Origin: Spirochaetia bacterium
GTDB taxonomy: Bacteria; Spirochaetota; Spirochaetia; DSM-2461
Assembly (NCBI GenBank): GCA_963668315.1
Contig: OY764216.1
Location: 960,001-1,024,000, forward strand
Reading direction: 5' to 3'
Length of the DNA stretch: 64,000 bases
The notes under the pieces: model-generated
Database searches by the model: none
What the model was told of the DNA's origin: nothing
What the model saw: only the letters and a program-made list of their open reading frames with translations
Program-made: the position numbers and the translations under genes
Shown here: piece by piece, positions 9,011 to 19,744 of the stretch
Position numbering within the stretch: the stretch's first letter is position 1
Layout of the letters: each line of letters starts with the position of its first letter

Positions 9011-10981
9011 ATGAGGTTTAAGGACTTGAAAATCGGGACGAAGCTGACGGGCAGTTTCATTATTGTCCTGTTGCTGATGGCGGTTCTCGGAGCTTTCTGC
9101 ATAAAAAGCATCTGGGATATCGAAACGGCCAATAGAGAAATTAACGGAATCACTATGGCCGAGTTAAGCCTGGCAAGAGGACGCCAGGACAGTTTGCGGT
9201 TGATCTATACGGGGATGAAGCAGTATGCGGAAGATGCGAGCGATGATCTGAATGCCGCCCGGGATTATGCGGCAGAGGTGGTCAGTATCAATGAGGAGTC
9301 CCGCATCTACAGCGAAGGAGTCACGAAGAACGGAAAATCTCTGGATGAAGCCCTGGTTCGGTATCTGGCCGCCTTGAGCCGCATAGAAGAGACAAATCTC
9401 ACCATGGAGCAGAGCCACGAGGAGAGCCATATAGCGTCGGAGCAGGTTGACCTGGTTTTTGACGGACTGGAGGATTTTGCCGTTGGCGTTACTTCCCGGA
9501 CCTTTGAAAGTAATAATATGGCCCTGGGGCAGCTTCTCTTGACGCAGAATCTGGTTCATATCTACAGCATGATTGACTGGTGGAAGCATATAGAACTGTT
9601 CCTTGCCGAATATGAAGCGGACAACAGCGACGATAACCGGTTTATTCTGGAAGACTCCCTGGTGGATATGATCGACTATTTTGATCGGGCCTCCGAAATC
9701 TTCACGACCGAGGAAGGGCGAGAGGCCATAAAGAATGTCCGCGTTCCCTTTGAGGTCTACGAGACGCAGATAAGAAACTATATCACAGCCATGGAAGAGC
9801 AGAAAAGCGCCATCGCAGAGGCTGTGGACGCCGGTGTCGTGACGGCCCGAGAGGCTGAGCAGGCCAAATTGCTCCTGGATGAGCTGGTGGAAGATACCAC
9901 CGGCAAAGCTGTCCGCTATACCCTAATCCTGTCCCTGGCCGCTCTTCTTATCAGTCTGGCCCTGGCCATTATCATTACCAGACAGATCACCGGTCCGATT
10001 GTGAAGAGCATGGACTATGCCAAGGCCCTTTCCGAGGGTGATTTCACCGTATCCCTTAATCTGGATCAGGGTGATGAAGTGGGAATTCTGGGGGAGGCCC
10101 TTGAAAATATGGTCGGTCGGGTGAGGGATGTCCTGGCCCATATTCAGGAGGCCTGCGGGCAGGTTACCGATGCGAGCGGCCAGATTTCCCAGGCGGCCCA
10201 GACCATATCGGTTGGGGCCACGGAACAGGCGTCGAGCATGGAAGAGGTCTCGGCTTCTCTTGAAGAACTGAGCAGCAGCATCCAGCAGAATGCGGCCAAT
10301 GCCGATCGGTCCAACGGAACGGCCAAAGGAACCGTGGGCGATTGCAAGAACGGTTTGCAGGCCGTACAGGATACGGTTGCCGCCATGCGGGAGATAGGTG
10401 AGAAGATCATTGTCATAGAGGAATTATCCAGAAATACGAACATGCTGGCCCTGAATGCCGCGATAGAAGCGGCCAGAGCCGGTGAAGCGGGTAAGGGATT
10501 TGCCGTAGTCGCCTCGGAAGTGCGCAAACTGGCGGAAAACAGCGGTTCCGCCGCTAAGAACATTACCGAGATAACCAGGGAGAACGTGGAGCGCGCCAAT
10601 AAAGCCCTTGAGCAGATAGAACATATCGTGCCCCGCATGGCGGAAACTTCGGAGCTTTCCGATGAGATCGCCGTCTCCTGTCAGGAACAGGCCAAGGGCG
10701 CCGAGCAGATCAGCACCGCGGTAACGACTCTGGACACGGTGGTTCAGCAGAATGCCAGTTCCAGTGAAGAGCTGGCTTCCATGTCGGAAGAGCTGGAAGC
10801 GCAGGCACGCAGCATGAACCAGGCGGTAAGTTTTTTCCATCTTGGAAATAACCCCCATGCCCGAAAGTCAAACTATAAGGACGATAAGGTGGAGATCGGC
10901 CGTCTTTCCCAGGAGGAGTCGCAGGGCGAGAGAATGCTGATCGCCGATGGAACGGACGGCGAATTCGAAGAGTTCGTTTAG
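9011..10981 (+). CDS. Methyl-accepting chemotaxis protein
   Basis: Two TM segments, HAMP domain, signalling hairpin [37 protein letters not shown] 9011 follows AGGAG. Confidence 0.95.
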   Translation: MRFKDLKIGTKLTGSFIIVLLLMAVLGAFCIKSIWDIETANREINGITMAELSLARGRQDSLRLIYTGMKQYAEDASDDLNAARDYAAEVVSINEESRIYSEGVTKNGKSLDEALVRYLAALSRIEETNLTMEQSHEESHIASEQVDLVFDGLEDFAVGVTSRTFESNNMALGQLLLTQNLVHIYSMIDWWKHIELFLAEYEADNSDDNRFILEDSLVDMIDYFDRASEIFTTEEGREAIKNVRVPFEVYETQIRNYITAMEEQKSAIAEAVDAGVVTAREAEQAKLLLDELVEDTTGKAVRYTLILSLAALLISLALAIIITRQITGPIVKSMDYAKALSEGDFTVSLNLDQGDEVGILGEALENMVGRVRDVLAHIQEACGQVTDASGQISQAAQTISVGATEQASSMEEVSASLEELSSSIQQNAANADRSNGTAKGTVGDCKNGLQAVQDTVAAMREIGEKIIVIEELSRNTNMLALNAAIEAARAGEAGKGFAVVASEVRKLAENSGSAAKNITEITRENVERANKALEQIEHIVPRMAETSELSDEIAVSCQEQAKGAEQISTAVTTLDTVVQQNASSSEELASMSEELEAQARSMNQAVSFFHLGNNPHARKSNYKDDKVEIGRLSQEESQGERMLIADGTDGEFEEFV

Positions 10982-11060
10982 GAAACCGGCATGGGACGGA
11001 AAAACATAATAGTGTAATGATATTCACTTATAGGGCCGATAACAGAGAAAGGAGTGTTAA

Positions 11061-11807
11061 ATGAAACGACTAGTTATTATTGCCATCACTTTGGCATCTC
11101 TTTTCTTTGCCGGCTGTTCCAGTTACAACCCCTTTGAAGATCTGAGTCTTGTAAGTCCCTTGGCCGTTGTCAGGGTCTCATCCAACACCGAGATTGACTG
11201 GTATGCCGAAGACGACGGGAATACCCTGGGGGGAAGCCTGCTGGGAGCCGTGGCCAACGCGGTCGTCAGTGAGGTGAAGGATGAGAAAGTCAGCAGTATC
11301 CTTTCGCGGGCCGACCTGCTGGTCGATCAGGCGGAAGCGACTCTCAGAGAGAGCCTTGCAGAGGTGGGTACCATTGAAGTCGCCGATAAGGAATCGGTTC
11401 TGACGTCCGATGCCTATGATAAGGTGGAGGACGTTCTTGATATTATGGATACCAATATTCTTCGAGCCGAAGGGTACAAGTATTTTAAAATCAATGACGA
11501 AAGGAATCTCGGACCCCGCCTTAAGAAGGAGATCGGTTCGAAAAGCTGGATTACCGCCGATTTTACCTTTGAGAAAATCATGGATTCCGGAGTCGATAAG
11601 AACGGAATGATGGGTGTATCCGTAGAAATGTGGATACAGTGGTTCAATGATGAGGGAGAAAGGATATACGCTCAGGGCTACTGGGAACAGAGTTCCAAAG
11701 CGATACCCGTCGTGGCCGGTATTTACAAGCCGGAAGACATGATGGCCCTTTATCCCGAAGTCATTGATAAGGTCTGCCGGGATTTCGCATCCGAATTCAT
11801 CCGCTAA
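11061..11807 (+). CDS. Hypothetical lipoprotein
   Basis: Signal peptide with lipobox FFAG-C; AAGGAG SD. Confidence 0.75.
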   Translation: MKRLVIIAITLASLFFAGCSSYNPFEDLSLVSPLAVVRVSSNTEIDWYAEDDGNTLGGSLLGAVANAVVSEVKDEKVSSILSRADLLVDQAEATLRESLAEVGTIEVADKESVLTSDAYDKVEDVLDIMDTNILRAEGYKYFKINDERNLGPRLKKEIGSKSWITADFTFEKIMDSGVDKNGMMGVSVEMWIQWFNDEGERIYAQGYWEQSSKAIPVVAGIYKPEDMMALYPEVIDKVCRDFASEFIR

Positions 11808-11860
11808 GATTTGTTTACCGTCCTGTCCCCGCCGCATCCTGACGACGGGGATCAGGCGGA

Positions 11861-12043
11861 TTATGCCTTAAGGCAGTCATCCCGCCAGAGACAATTGTCC
11901 TGACCGCAGTTTTTCCCGTTTGTTCCGAAGCAGGGAGTATTTCCCTCTACCTTCTGGATGGTCTGGATCAGTTCAACCTTCTTCATTTTCCCTGGATTGA
12001 TTCCCATTCCTTCTGCCCTTGTTTTGATTTCCTTAACAGTCAT
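11861..12043 (-). CDS. Small SAP/Rho-N-like domain protein with a Cys-rich tail
   Basis: EIKTRAEGMGINPGKMKKVELIQTIQKVEGNTPCF...C...CLWRDDC; GGAG SD. Confidence 0.75.
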   Translation of the reverse strand: MTVKEIKTRAEGMGINPGKMKKVELIQTIQKVEGNTPCFGTNGKNCGQDNCLWRDDCLKA

Positions 12044-12265
12044 AAAGTCTCCCCTTGCTTTGAAATGTTAAAAATTCACATTAACATCAATTTACTTTTA
12101 TTTTTATTCAAACCGCGGAAGAATGCAAATCCCTTTGCTGTTTTTTACATGAATTACACAAAACCAATCTTAAGTTAGGCAAAACGTATAATGTTAGGGG
12201 ATGCTTGATTTCGCGGAGTCAACGGATTATCTTTAAGGTAGAATAGTTGAGTTAAGGAGAAGGTA

Positions 12266-12487
12266 ATGAATAAGTTTTCCATAGAAAATACGACGAGAGA
12301 AGAGAGGGAAAGGATCGTTCAGAGAGCATTAAGCTGCGGAGGCGACGGATGTGAGAACTGTTCCGGATGCGGTGTTTTCGGAGCGGGGGATCCCTATGAG
12401 ATGTACAGCCCCTATATTGAGGGAAAAATGGAGCTGGCCGAAATTAATATGGCTTTTAATGAGCGCTACTCCGTAAAAGGCCGATGA
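12266..12487 (+). CDS. Small Cys-rich hypothetical protein
   Basis: AAGGAG SD; CGGDGCENCSGC motif. Confidence 0.7.
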   Translation: MNKFSIENTTREERERIVQRALSCGGDGCENCSGCGVFGAGDPYEMYSPYIEGKMELAEINMAFNERYSVKGR

Positions 12488-12625
12488 GGAGTTTTCCGAC
12501 CGGCGTTCGGCACCCCGTGAGGGAAGCGGCCCTTTCAGAGGAGAAAAAGGAACCCGGCCCTTATTTATCAAGTTCACAGGAAAGGGTATAATGGATTTCT
12601 ATTCTTTTGAACTGGAGAAAATATT

Positions 12626-13534
12626 ATGAAATATACCGTATTGGGAACGGGAGCCGTGGGCGGCTACTACGGCGCTATGCTGCAGAAAGGCGGAGCGGAG
12701 ACGGATTTTCTGGCCCGCAGCGACTATCAACATATAAAGGAAAAGGGTCTGAGGATCGATTCGTGGAAGGGTGATTTTGTTCTGGATAAGGTCAATGTCT
12801 ATCCCAGCGCCGAGGATCTGCCCGAAACGGATGTGGTTCTTATTACCATGAAGACCACTTCGAATGCCATGCTGGAAGGGCTCCTTAAGCCGATCGTGCG
12901 GGAAGGGACGGTTATTTTCATTCTGCAGAACGGTCTGGGAATGGAAAAGGAGATCAGCGATATGTTTCCCCAGGCTGTCGTTCTGGGCGGCATGTGTTTT
13001 ATCTGTTCACAGAAGAGGGGAGACGGCCATATCGTTCACCTGGACAAGGGCTCCATCTCTGCGGCCCCCCTCGAAAGGAAAGATCTGTCCCTGCTCCAGG
13101 AGATTCAGAAGGATTTTACCGCTGCCGGAGTGGAAATGACCCTGATGGAGGATCTGGAAGCCGCCCGGTGGAACAAACTATTGTGGAATATTCCCTATAA
13201 CGGGCTTTCCGTTGTTCTGAATGCCGATACGAAGCAGATTATGGCAAGCGATAGCGGCCGGGCCCTGGCCAGAAAGCTGATGGAAGAGGTCGTGGCAGGC
13301 GCGGAAGCATGCGGATGTCCCCTGGCCGACGGCTCCGTTGAAAACATGCTTGATTTTACAGCTGTTATGGAGCCCTACGAACCCAGCATGAAACTTGATT
13401 ATGATAATCACAGAAAAATGGAGCTGGAGTATATGTACCGCCGTCCTCTGGCTGAGGCGAAACGGCACGGGGCGGAACTCCCTTCCATCGCCATGCTGAC
13501 CGATCAGCTGGCGTTCATGGAAGAGATACACTAG
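12626..13534 (+). CDS. panE: Ketopantoate reductase family protein (ApbA/PanE)
   Basis: GTGAVGGYYG, LQNGLG, WNKLLWN and SMKLD motifs. Confidence 0.85.
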   Translation: MKYTVLGTGAVGGYYGAMLQKGGAETDFLARSDYQHIKEKGLRIDSWKGDFVLDKVNVYPSAEDLPETDVVLITMKTTSNAMLEGLLKPIVREGTVIFILQNGLGMEKEISDMFPQAVVLGGMCFICSQKRGDGHIVHLDKGSISAAPLERKDLSLLQEIQKDFTAAGVEMTLMEDLEAARWNKLLWNIPYNGLSVVLNADTKQIMASDSGRALARKLMEEVVAGAEACGCPLADGSVENMLDFTAVMEPYEPSMKLDYDNHRKMELEYMYRRPLAEAKRHGAELPSIAMLTDQLAFMEEIH

Positions 13535-13566
13535 ACAGGCCGGCCGGCTTCGGGCCGGTACCTGTC
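13534..13566. terminator. GC-rich hairpin between convergent panE and mgsA
   Basis: GACAGG-CCGGCC-ggcttcg-GGCCGG-ta-CCTGTC. Confidence 0.5.
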
Positions 13567-14044
13567 AGACCTTGCGGTTGATATAGTAGGAATAGTCCTT
13601 CAGCTGCGGTTCGTAATCGCTTTTAAAGAGGCTTGAGGAGATCATGAAATCCGCCGTGGACCTGTTGTTGGCGATGGGGACGTTGTAAAGAACCGCGATA
13701 CGGGTCAGGGCTTTTACGTCCACGTCGTGGGGCTGGGGTTCCATGGGATCCCAGAGAAAAATCATGATGTCTATGCCGCCCTCCGATACCAGAGCGCCCA
13801 GCTGCTGGTCTCCGCCCAGGGGACCGGATTTCATCTTCTTGATATGCAGGTCGGATTTGGTGAACTTGCCGTTACCATCGGCCTCAATTTTATTCAGGAT
13901 CGCTTCCTCCACCAGAGTACCGGTGGTTCCGGTGCAGAAAAGCTGGTGGGGAATGAGGGATTCCCAGTTGTATTCGACCCACTCGATAAGGTCTTTTTTT
14001 CTGTTATCATGTGCCACAAGGGCGATGTTTTTTTTCTTTTTCAT
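13565..14044 (-). CDS. mgsA: Methylglyoxal synthase
   Basis: IALVAHD, TGTTG, SGPLGGDQQ and PHDVDVKAL motifs. Confidence 0.97.
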   Translation of the reverse strand: MKKKKNIALVAHDNRKKDLIEWVEYNWESLIPHQLFCTGTTGTLVEEAILNKIEADGNGKFTKSDLHIKKMKSGPLGGDQQLGALVSEGGIDIMIFLWDPMEPQPHDVDVKALTRIAVLYNVPIANNRSTADFMISSSLFKSDYEPQLKDYSYYINRKV

Positions 14045-14050
14045 AGGGGA

Positions 14051-14079
14051 AATATAGAGTATCGTTCCGTGTTAGGCAA
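14051..14079 (-). promoter_or_regulatory. Sigma70-type promoter of mgsA, probably leaderless
   Basis: Minus strand TTGCCT-N17-TATATT-N6-ATG. Confidence 0.65.
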
Positions 14080-14099
14080 GCAGAAAAGAGTTGACCCTC

Positions 14100-15098
14100 T
14101 TAAACGGGAATGTGATGGCCCGGGGATTGGAAGGCCCTGAGCATTGGTTCCAGATACCAGGCTTCCCAGTTCCGGTTCATGATATAGCCGCAGTGGCCTC
14201 CCCGGGGATGGTGAATGAAACGCACCTGGGAACTCATTTCCGACGAGGCGATGTGTGAGATGGGAATTATCGGATCATCCTCGGCCGTGAGGAGTGTCAG
14301 CGGAACGGTCACCGAATCGAGGTAACCCTGCTTCAGGTTGTATCTTCCGAAGTAATCTTCCAGGGAACTGAAGGATGTGTACTCTTCCAGGAGCCTTTCG
14401 GTCATGGGGATGCAGCCGTTGAGGGAGAGGAGGGAGTCGAAGCGGTAAATCTCGGGGAAGGTCCTCTGTTTGATGGCCAGGGATCTTTTCCATTTCTTGA
14501 GAAAGTATGTTCTTATCAGGCCTATCTCATCCACTCTGCGGGTCGATTCGAGGGGATCAAAGGGAGGATTGACGGCAAATATATGCTTCAGACCGGCGTA
14601 ATTCCCGTCGGAAGCTTTTTTCGCCACTCTGATGCAGAAATTCGCTCCCATGGAAAAACCGGCGAGGCAGGCGCTTCCGTCCGGGGAGAAGCGCCGGATA
14701 ATCTCCTTGACACCGGTGTAGGCCTCATCAATAAGGGTCCCCAGAAAAAATCCGCGGTTCAACCCGTGGCTGCTGCCGTGGTCCCTCATGTTCAGGCGGA
14801 ATACGCTGAATCCGTTGTCATAGAAAAAACGTCCCGTGCTGATCATATAGGCCGACTTATCGCTGCCCTCCCAGCCGTGGAAGAGAATGAGGAGAGGCGC
14901 CGTCCTGTCCTGATGTGCGGAGAGGAATCCCTGAAGATTCACCCCGTCTCCCCCGTCTATGATTTTCTCCCTGCTGTTGTTTTCAAAATCGCCGATTCCT
15001 TTGTTCCGGAATTTGGCGCTGTTCAATAGGGTCTGGGCCATGGCTCCTTTCAGATACCAGGGGGGATTGAAGTTCGTTTCGGGGGAATTGTCTGCCAT
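14100..15098 (-). CDS. YheT-family alpha/beta hydrolase
   Basis: HGWEGS, nucleophile elbow GFSMG, DDPII and GGHCGY motifs. Start placed at MADNS, after AAGGA. Confidence 0.88.
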   Translation of the reverse strand: MADNSPETNFNPPWYLKGAMAQTLLNSAKFRNKGIGDFENNSREKIIDGGDGVNLQGFLSAHQDRTAPLLILFHGWEGSDKSAYMISTGRFFYDNGFSVFRLNMRDHGSSHGLNRGFFLGTLIDEAYTGVKEIIRRFSPDGSACLAGFSMGANFCIRVAKKASDGNYAGLKHIFAVNPPFDPLESTRRVDEIGLIRTYFLKKWKRSLAIKQRTFPEIYRFDSLLSLNGCIPMTERLLEEYTSFSSLEDYFGRYNLKQGYLDSVTVPLTLLTAEDDPIIPISHIASSEMSSQVRFIHHPRGGHCGYIMNRNWEAWYLEPMLRAFQSPGHHIPV

Positions 15099-15218
15099 GG
15101 GTGTTCCTTCTGAAGTAACTAAGCTTACCCATAATATCATGTATTCAGGGGTCTGTCTTCTGTGCTGCCCCGTTTAAATTCCCCCGATCCTGATGTATGA
15201 TGGGAAGGGGGGACGTGT

Positions 15219-15701
15219 ATGACCTTATTGTATATAACGCTGGCTCTTTGCCTTGTTTCCTTTCTCGTCGACAGAGAGAAGACCCTGGCCGGAATAAAAA
15301 AGGGTTTGAAGAAGTTCCTGCGGGTTCTTCCTGTTTTTCTCATCATGATAATCGTAACATCCCTGGTCCTGACTCTGCTCCCCCGTGAGGTCATATCCCG
15401 TTATCTTTCGGGGGAAAACCGGTTTCTGGCCGCTCTGGCGGGGCTGGCGTGCGGGTCCGTGGCCCTTCTGCCCGGTTTTATCGCCTTTCCCCTGGGGGGA
15501 ATGCTCAGAGAGCAGGGCGTGCCCTATTTCGTTATCGCCGCGTTTACCTCCAGTCTGATGATGGTGGGGGTTCTGACTTTTCCCGTGGAAAAGACCTTTT
15601 TCGGAACCCGTTTCGCCCTGCTCAGGAATCTGGCCGGGGTTGTCATTGCGGCGGCGGTGGCCCTGGTCGCGGGATTGTTTTTCGGGGAGATTCTGCCGTG
15701 A
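15219..15701 (+). CDS. Predicted permease subunit (DUF318/ArsP-like half)
   Basis: Hydrophobic protein with PGFIAFPL and FALLRN motifs. Confidence 0.7.
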   Translation: MTLLYITLALCLVSFLVDREKTLAGIKKGLKKFLRVLPVFLIMIIVTSLVLTLLPREVISRYLSGENRFLAALAGLACGSVALLPGFIAFPLGGMLREQGVPYFVIAAFTSSLMMVGVLTFPVEKTFFGTRFALLRNLAGVVIAAAVALVAGLFFGEILP

Positions 15702-16204
15702 AAAAGAAAAATGCGGCCTCCTGGATTTTTCTGGCGGCTTTTGGTCTGTTTGCCCTTCTCTCTTTCCTCTTTGACTGGAACTGGGGAATGGAGGCGTCCC
15801 GGTCATTCGCCGGTAATTTCAAGCAGATGGCGGCGCTTCTTCCCTGCGCCTTTATTCTGATCGGGCTCTTCGAGGTATGGGTAAAGAGGGAGACTATTGA
15901 GAAGCATCTGGGCGAAGGGGCGGGCTGGAAAAGTTATCTGTGGGTGATTCTTCTGGGCGGCCTGACCCTGGGACCCATGCTGACGGCCCTGCCCGTGGCG
16001 TCGGCCCTGTGGAAGAAGGGGGCCGCCCTGAGCGTGGTCATTACCTATCTGGGAGCGGCGGCGGTGTGCCGGATTCCCATGACGATTTTCGAAGCATCTT
16101 TTCTGGGAATTCCCTTTACGGTGATCCGTTATGCCACGGCCCTCCCTCTGGTCGTGGTCAGTTCCCTGGTGCTGAGCCGTTATCTGAAGGGGCGTCTTCC
16201 CTGA
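15698..16204 (+). CDS. Predicted permease subunit (DUF318/ArsP-like half)
   Basis: GTG start overlaps the upstream TGA; GLFEVWV, LPVASALWKKGA and IPMTIFEASFLG motifs. Confidence 0.7.
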   Translation: MKKKNAASWIFLAAFGLFALLSFLFDWNWGMEASRSFAGNFKQMAALLPCAFILIGLFEVWVKRETIEKHLGEGAGWKSYLWVILLGGLTLGPMLTALPVASALWKKGAALSVVITYLGAAAVCRIPMTIFEASFLGIPFTVIRYATALPLVVVSSLVLSRYLKGRLP

Positions 16205-16832
16205 GCTGTTTTCTCCAGGTTATCAGCCCCCGTACGGCCAGAATCAGAAGTATCACATAGAGAAGGGAGAGGAATTTCACTTCCTTGACCCAGTAAAGCC
16301 CTATGGCAATCACATCCACCACAATCCAGATCATCCAGTTTTCCGTCCGTTTGCGGGCCAGGAGGAACATGGCGGCGAAGCTGGAAATCGTTGTAAAGGC
16401 ATCCAGATAGGGAAAATCGGCGGCCAGGGGAAAAAGGGCGGGAAGGATGAGGTGAATCCGGGCCATGAGATAACCGCTCAGGGCCGATACGATAAGGATT
16501 CCCCCGAGCCAGCATAAATTGTTTCCCACGCTGCCCGCTTTAACGGTTATTTCCCTCTCTTCTCCCCGGTCACGCATCCAGTACCACCAGCCGTAGGCGC
16601 TGGCTCCCAGGTAGTAGATCTGCTCCAGGCAGTCCGAATAGAGCTGGATCTGATAAAAGAGCATCCCGTAGAGGATCACCGAAGCGATTCCCACGGGCCA
16701 GTTGAGCATTCTCTTCTGCGATATGAGCCACACCGACCAGAGGTAAAGAATCGTACCGACGAATTCGATATAGCTCATGGGGTACCCCATGAAGATGAAA
16801 AATATACTGTCTATGGAAAAGAAATTTACCAT
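16158..16832 (-). CDS. pnuC: Nicotinamide riboside transporter PnuC
   Basis: NWPVGI, EQIYY, YGWWYW, LDAFTT and ENWMIWIVVD motifs; adjacent to nadR. Confidence 0.9.
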   Translation of the reverse strand: MVNFFSIDSIFFIFMGYPMSYIEFVGTILYLWSVWLISQKRMLNWPVGIASVILYGMLFYQIQLYSDCLEQIYYLGASAYGWWYWMRDRGEEREITVKAGSVGNNLCWLGGILIVSALSGYLMARIHLILPALFPLAADFPYLDAFTTISSFAAMFLLARKRTENWMIWIVVDVIAIGLYWVKEVKFLSLLYVILLILAVRGLITWRKQLREDAPSDNGSAPGN

Positions 16833-17821
16833 GTGTGATTCTCCTTGTAATGATTCAGTTCCCGGGCGACCCGATCCATCCTTTCGCTCAGACTGCCTTC
16901 CAGAAGGACATAGGGGATTTCTCTCCTGTCCAGATCCCGGCGAAAACTCCTTTGGAACAGGCTCCTATGGACTTCTCCGGAACGGTCCTCCGTATCGTCA
17001 TAGGGAATATCGTCGCCGCAGAGAAAATGAAGGTCGTACCGGTCCCGGCAGTCATCGGCCAGAAGCTCCAGTTCCTTTACAGCCGATCCGTGATAATCCA
17101 GGGCGAAATGATAAGTAGACAGGGCTCCCGTGTCAACAAAGAAGTAATCCCCCCCTATATAGGCCTCTTCTACTTCCTTTTTCCGGTGAATCCGGGCGAT
17201 TTCCAGGAGCTGTTCACCGGTCAGGCGGCGATTCCTCTGGTGCTTTTCCCAATATTCCCGGCCGTACTCGGCCATCCAGGGACAGGTGTAATGTTCAGCC
17301 AGAGTCCGGGCCAGGGTGGTCTTCCCCGTACTGGGGGCTCCGTGAAATACGGCCTTGATTATATGGTCAAAGTAAACCGGCGGGGGTAGGAATTCCCGAA
17401 AAGCCGGGGGATTCTCCCGTATCAAGGTTGCCGAAACGGGGATATGGATTCTCCGGGGATCCACCTGGCGGTTTCGGCACTTAAGGGCGCGGCTCATATG
17501 TTCCCCGTAGGGTTCGGAGGAGTAGAAGCTGTGAATGGGGACTCCCCCCAGAAGCTTGAGAACGTACTCCTCCTGGCATTTCATTATCTCCGGTGAGTAG
17601 CCCGTCTCCTCCGGTCCGTCCGGGGCCGTAATTACCTCGACCCGATGGGGGAAGCACTCCCCTATCCAGGCCGCCCTTTTATGAAGCGGTATAGACGTAA
17701 GTCTGCTTTGGTAAATTATCACCTTAACCAGGTCCATCTCCCTAAGGGCCGTTTCGATGACATAGGCATGGCCCCGATGGAAGGGAGCGTATTTACCCAG
17801 GCATAATCCGATTTTTCTCAT
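16826..17821 (-). CDS. nadR: NadR-like bifunctional NMN adenylyltransferase / ribosylnicotinamide kinase, without HTH
   Basis: N-terminal GKYAPFHRGH (HxGH) and VSATLIR; C-terminal P-loop GAPSTGKTT and EYGREYW. Confidence 0.88.
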   Translation of the reverse strand: MRKIGLCLGKYAPFHRGHAYVIETALREMDLVKVIIYQSRLTSIPLHKRAAWIGECFPHRVEVITAPDGPEETGYSPEIMKCQEEYVLKLLGGVPIHSFYSSEPYGEHMSRALKCRNRQVDPRRIHIPVSATLIRENPPAFREFLPPPVYFDHIIKAVFHGAPSTGKTTLARTLAEHYTCPWMAEYGREYWEKHQRNRRLTGEQLLEIARIHRKKEVEEAYIGGDYFFVDTGALSTYHFALDYHGSAVKELELLADDCRDRYDLHFLCGDDIPYDDTEDRSGEVHRSLFQRSFRRDLDRREIPYVLLEGSLSERMDRVARELNHYKENHTW

Positions 17822-19173
17822 AAACTGTCGGGGACCTCCGTTTGGAAGGTTATGATTTTCCTCTCCCCGTCCAGGCCGATGTTATCGCCCCTCTTCAGGG
17901 GAAGGTTTTGGGCACCGTACCCCTTGAGTACAATCGCGAGAGAGGAGAGAACTTCCTCTTCCTTTCCCGTGTTTGCGGGCAGTCCTACTTCCAGTGAGTA
18001 ATCTACCCGCTGCACTATTCTATAGGCAGGGAGGGCCAGGGGCGCCAGGGCTCGGGAAAAATCCACCGTATTGATCCATCCCCCTTGGGGCAGGGGAAAA
18101 CGTACCGGCTTACGGCCCTGGAAATCTGCCAGATATAACCTGTCCCCATCCCTTCGAATCCGGCAGAAATCTCCCGTTCGGTAGCGGATAAGGGGTAGGT
18201 AGGGATTATTGCCCCCGCTCAGGGCCAGCTCACCCCACTCTCCGTCGGGAAGGGAGCGGTCCTCCTTGGGATCGAGGATTTCCAGGAAAAGGTCGGGGCG
18301 CATGGATTGGGTCATCCCTTTTCTTGTCCAGGCGATGTTGCGGCACTCGGTCATGGAATAGACGTCAAACAGGGGGCACTGAAAGTGGGCTTCCAGCCTA
18401 TCGGCCAGTCCGGAAGAGAGGGTCATGGCACTGGAGATCATGGCTTGGGGCCTCAGGGGGATTTCCCTTTCCATCAGGGCGGCGAAGGCCAGGGGATCCC
18501 CGGTCAGCAGGGAGGGATTGAGTTCTGTCAAATACTTCCGGCAGTCCTGGGGATCTCTCCACTGGCCGGGATGGAGGTTGACCTTTATAAAACCGGCCCC
18601 GTCCAGATAGGACGAAACAGAGGCGTATGTCAGTGTTTCCAGCTGGCTGCAGATCAGGGCTATGGCGGTTTTCCCCGGGCCTCTTGCCAGGCTGATCCCT
18701 TCGGTTGAGAGCATTTTCTCTACCTGCGGCAGCCAGGAGGAGGCTTCTTCCGGGCCGAAAATCACATCCAGCGGGGCTCCCGTTGTACCGGAGGTGGCGT
18801 AGCAGAGGATATCATCGAGGGGGGCACTGTCTCTTACGAAATTCCAAGGCGCCCTTCGCAGGTCCTCCCGGCTAAAGGAGGGGGCCCGGAAGAAATCCGA
18901 CGGATAATCCCGGTAAGCGGGAACGTCGGAAAGGACATCTTTGTAGAACCCTTCTATGAAGTCTTCCGCAGCAAAATTCCCCCTTCCGTCCATATCTTTC
19001 CTGTAGACATTCAGGTTTTCCAGATGTTTCCCGGTCAGCCGGTCTCCCGACTTGAAATTGTAACGGGGAGAGTTGGGATGCTGGCGCAGAGCGTTAAGCC
19101 AATTTAGATTTTCAGCAGCGGGGAACCGTTCCTCATCGGTGAGAACCGGCATAATCTCTTTACTCTCTGCCAT
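17818..19173 (-). CDS. Adenylate-forming enzyme (PaaK/CapK-like, ANL superfamily)
   Basis: TSGTTG, YSMTE and YRTGD...GR core adenylation motifs. Confidence 0.85.
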   Translation of the reverse strand: MAESKEIMPVLTDEERFPAAENLNWLNALRQHPNSPRYNFKSGDRLTGKHLENLNVYRKDMDGRGNFAAEDFIEGFYKDVLSDVPAYRDYPSDFFRAPSFSREDLRRAPWNFVRDSAPLDDILCYATSGTTGAPLDVIFGPEEASSWLPQVEKMLSTEGISLARGPGKTAIALICSQLETLTYASVSSYLDGAGFIKVNLHPGQWRDPQDCRKYLTELNPSLLTGDPLAFAALMEREIPLRPQAMISSAMTLSSGLADRLEAHFQCPLFDVYSMTECRNIAWTRKGMTQSMRPDLFLEILDPKEDRSLPDGEWGELALSGGNNPYLPLIRYRTGDFCRIRRDGDRLYLADFQGRKPVRFPLPQGGWINTVDFSRALAPLALPAYRIVQRVDYSLEVGLPANTGKEEEVLSSLAIVLKGYGAQNLPLKRGDNIGLDGERKIITFQTEVPDSL

Positions 19174-19744
19174 AGGTATTGGCCGCTTCCCGGGCTCTTT
19201 TTTCCCGCATCTTCCTTTTTATCTCCTCCGCCCGGCTGTGGGCCTGGCGGCTCTGCTCTTCCAGTTCGGCGCGATAGAGAGTATCCAGGGCCTTAAGCCT
19301 GTCTTCCCCTTCGCGGGGCGTTTCTCCCCGGGGGAACAGACCGCACCAGTGAAGGGCCAGGCGGCAAAGCTCTTCCCGGCGGGCCGGGTTTCCGATCATC
19401 TGGGGAGGAGAGACAAGGCGGACTAACCTGTCCATATGGTCGTACCCCCGGGAAAACCCCGGGCCCAGCTCTTCTCTTCCGTGAAACCAGGGGTGGGAGT
19501 AGAGGTAGGCCAGGACCTGCAGCCCCTGCCAGTGGCCGATCTCCCAGTTTTCCCAGCGTTTTTCCAGGCGGGATGCCAGTTCATCGGGTATTTCTACTTC
19601 CTGGAAAATAAAGAGGTCCTTTACTATCGCCAGGCTGTGAACTTTGGATAGGGAGTGGGAAGGGAAGGGGAGAGGGTTTTCCAGAAACAGTGCCGGGCAC
19701 TCGCTTAGGTAATTAAGCAACTCTTCAAGGGTCGGGCTGTTCAT
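19160..19744 (-). CDS. Hypothetical protein of the MoxR operon
   Basis: Overlaps both neighbours; ends in a charged coiled-coil (REAANTYGRE). Confidence 0.75.
   Translation of the reverse strand: MNSPTLEELLNYLSECPALFLENPLPFPSHSLSKVHSLAIVKDLFIFQEVEIPDELASRLEKRWENWEIGHWQGLQVLAYLYSHPWFHGREELGPGFSRGYDHMDRLVRLVSPPQMIGNPARREELCRLALHWCGLFPRGETPREGEDRLKALDTLYRAELEEQSRQAHSRAEEIKRKMREKRAREAANTYGRE

Noticed and set aside
12060..12090. Rex operator
   Set aside because: TGTTAA-N3-TTCACA has the wrong spacing for TGTGAA-N4-TTCACA.
12488..12625. Possible riboswitch upstream of panE
   Set aside because: The region is GC-rich, but I could not match the conserved core of any riboswitch I know; an Rfam/Infernal search would be needed.
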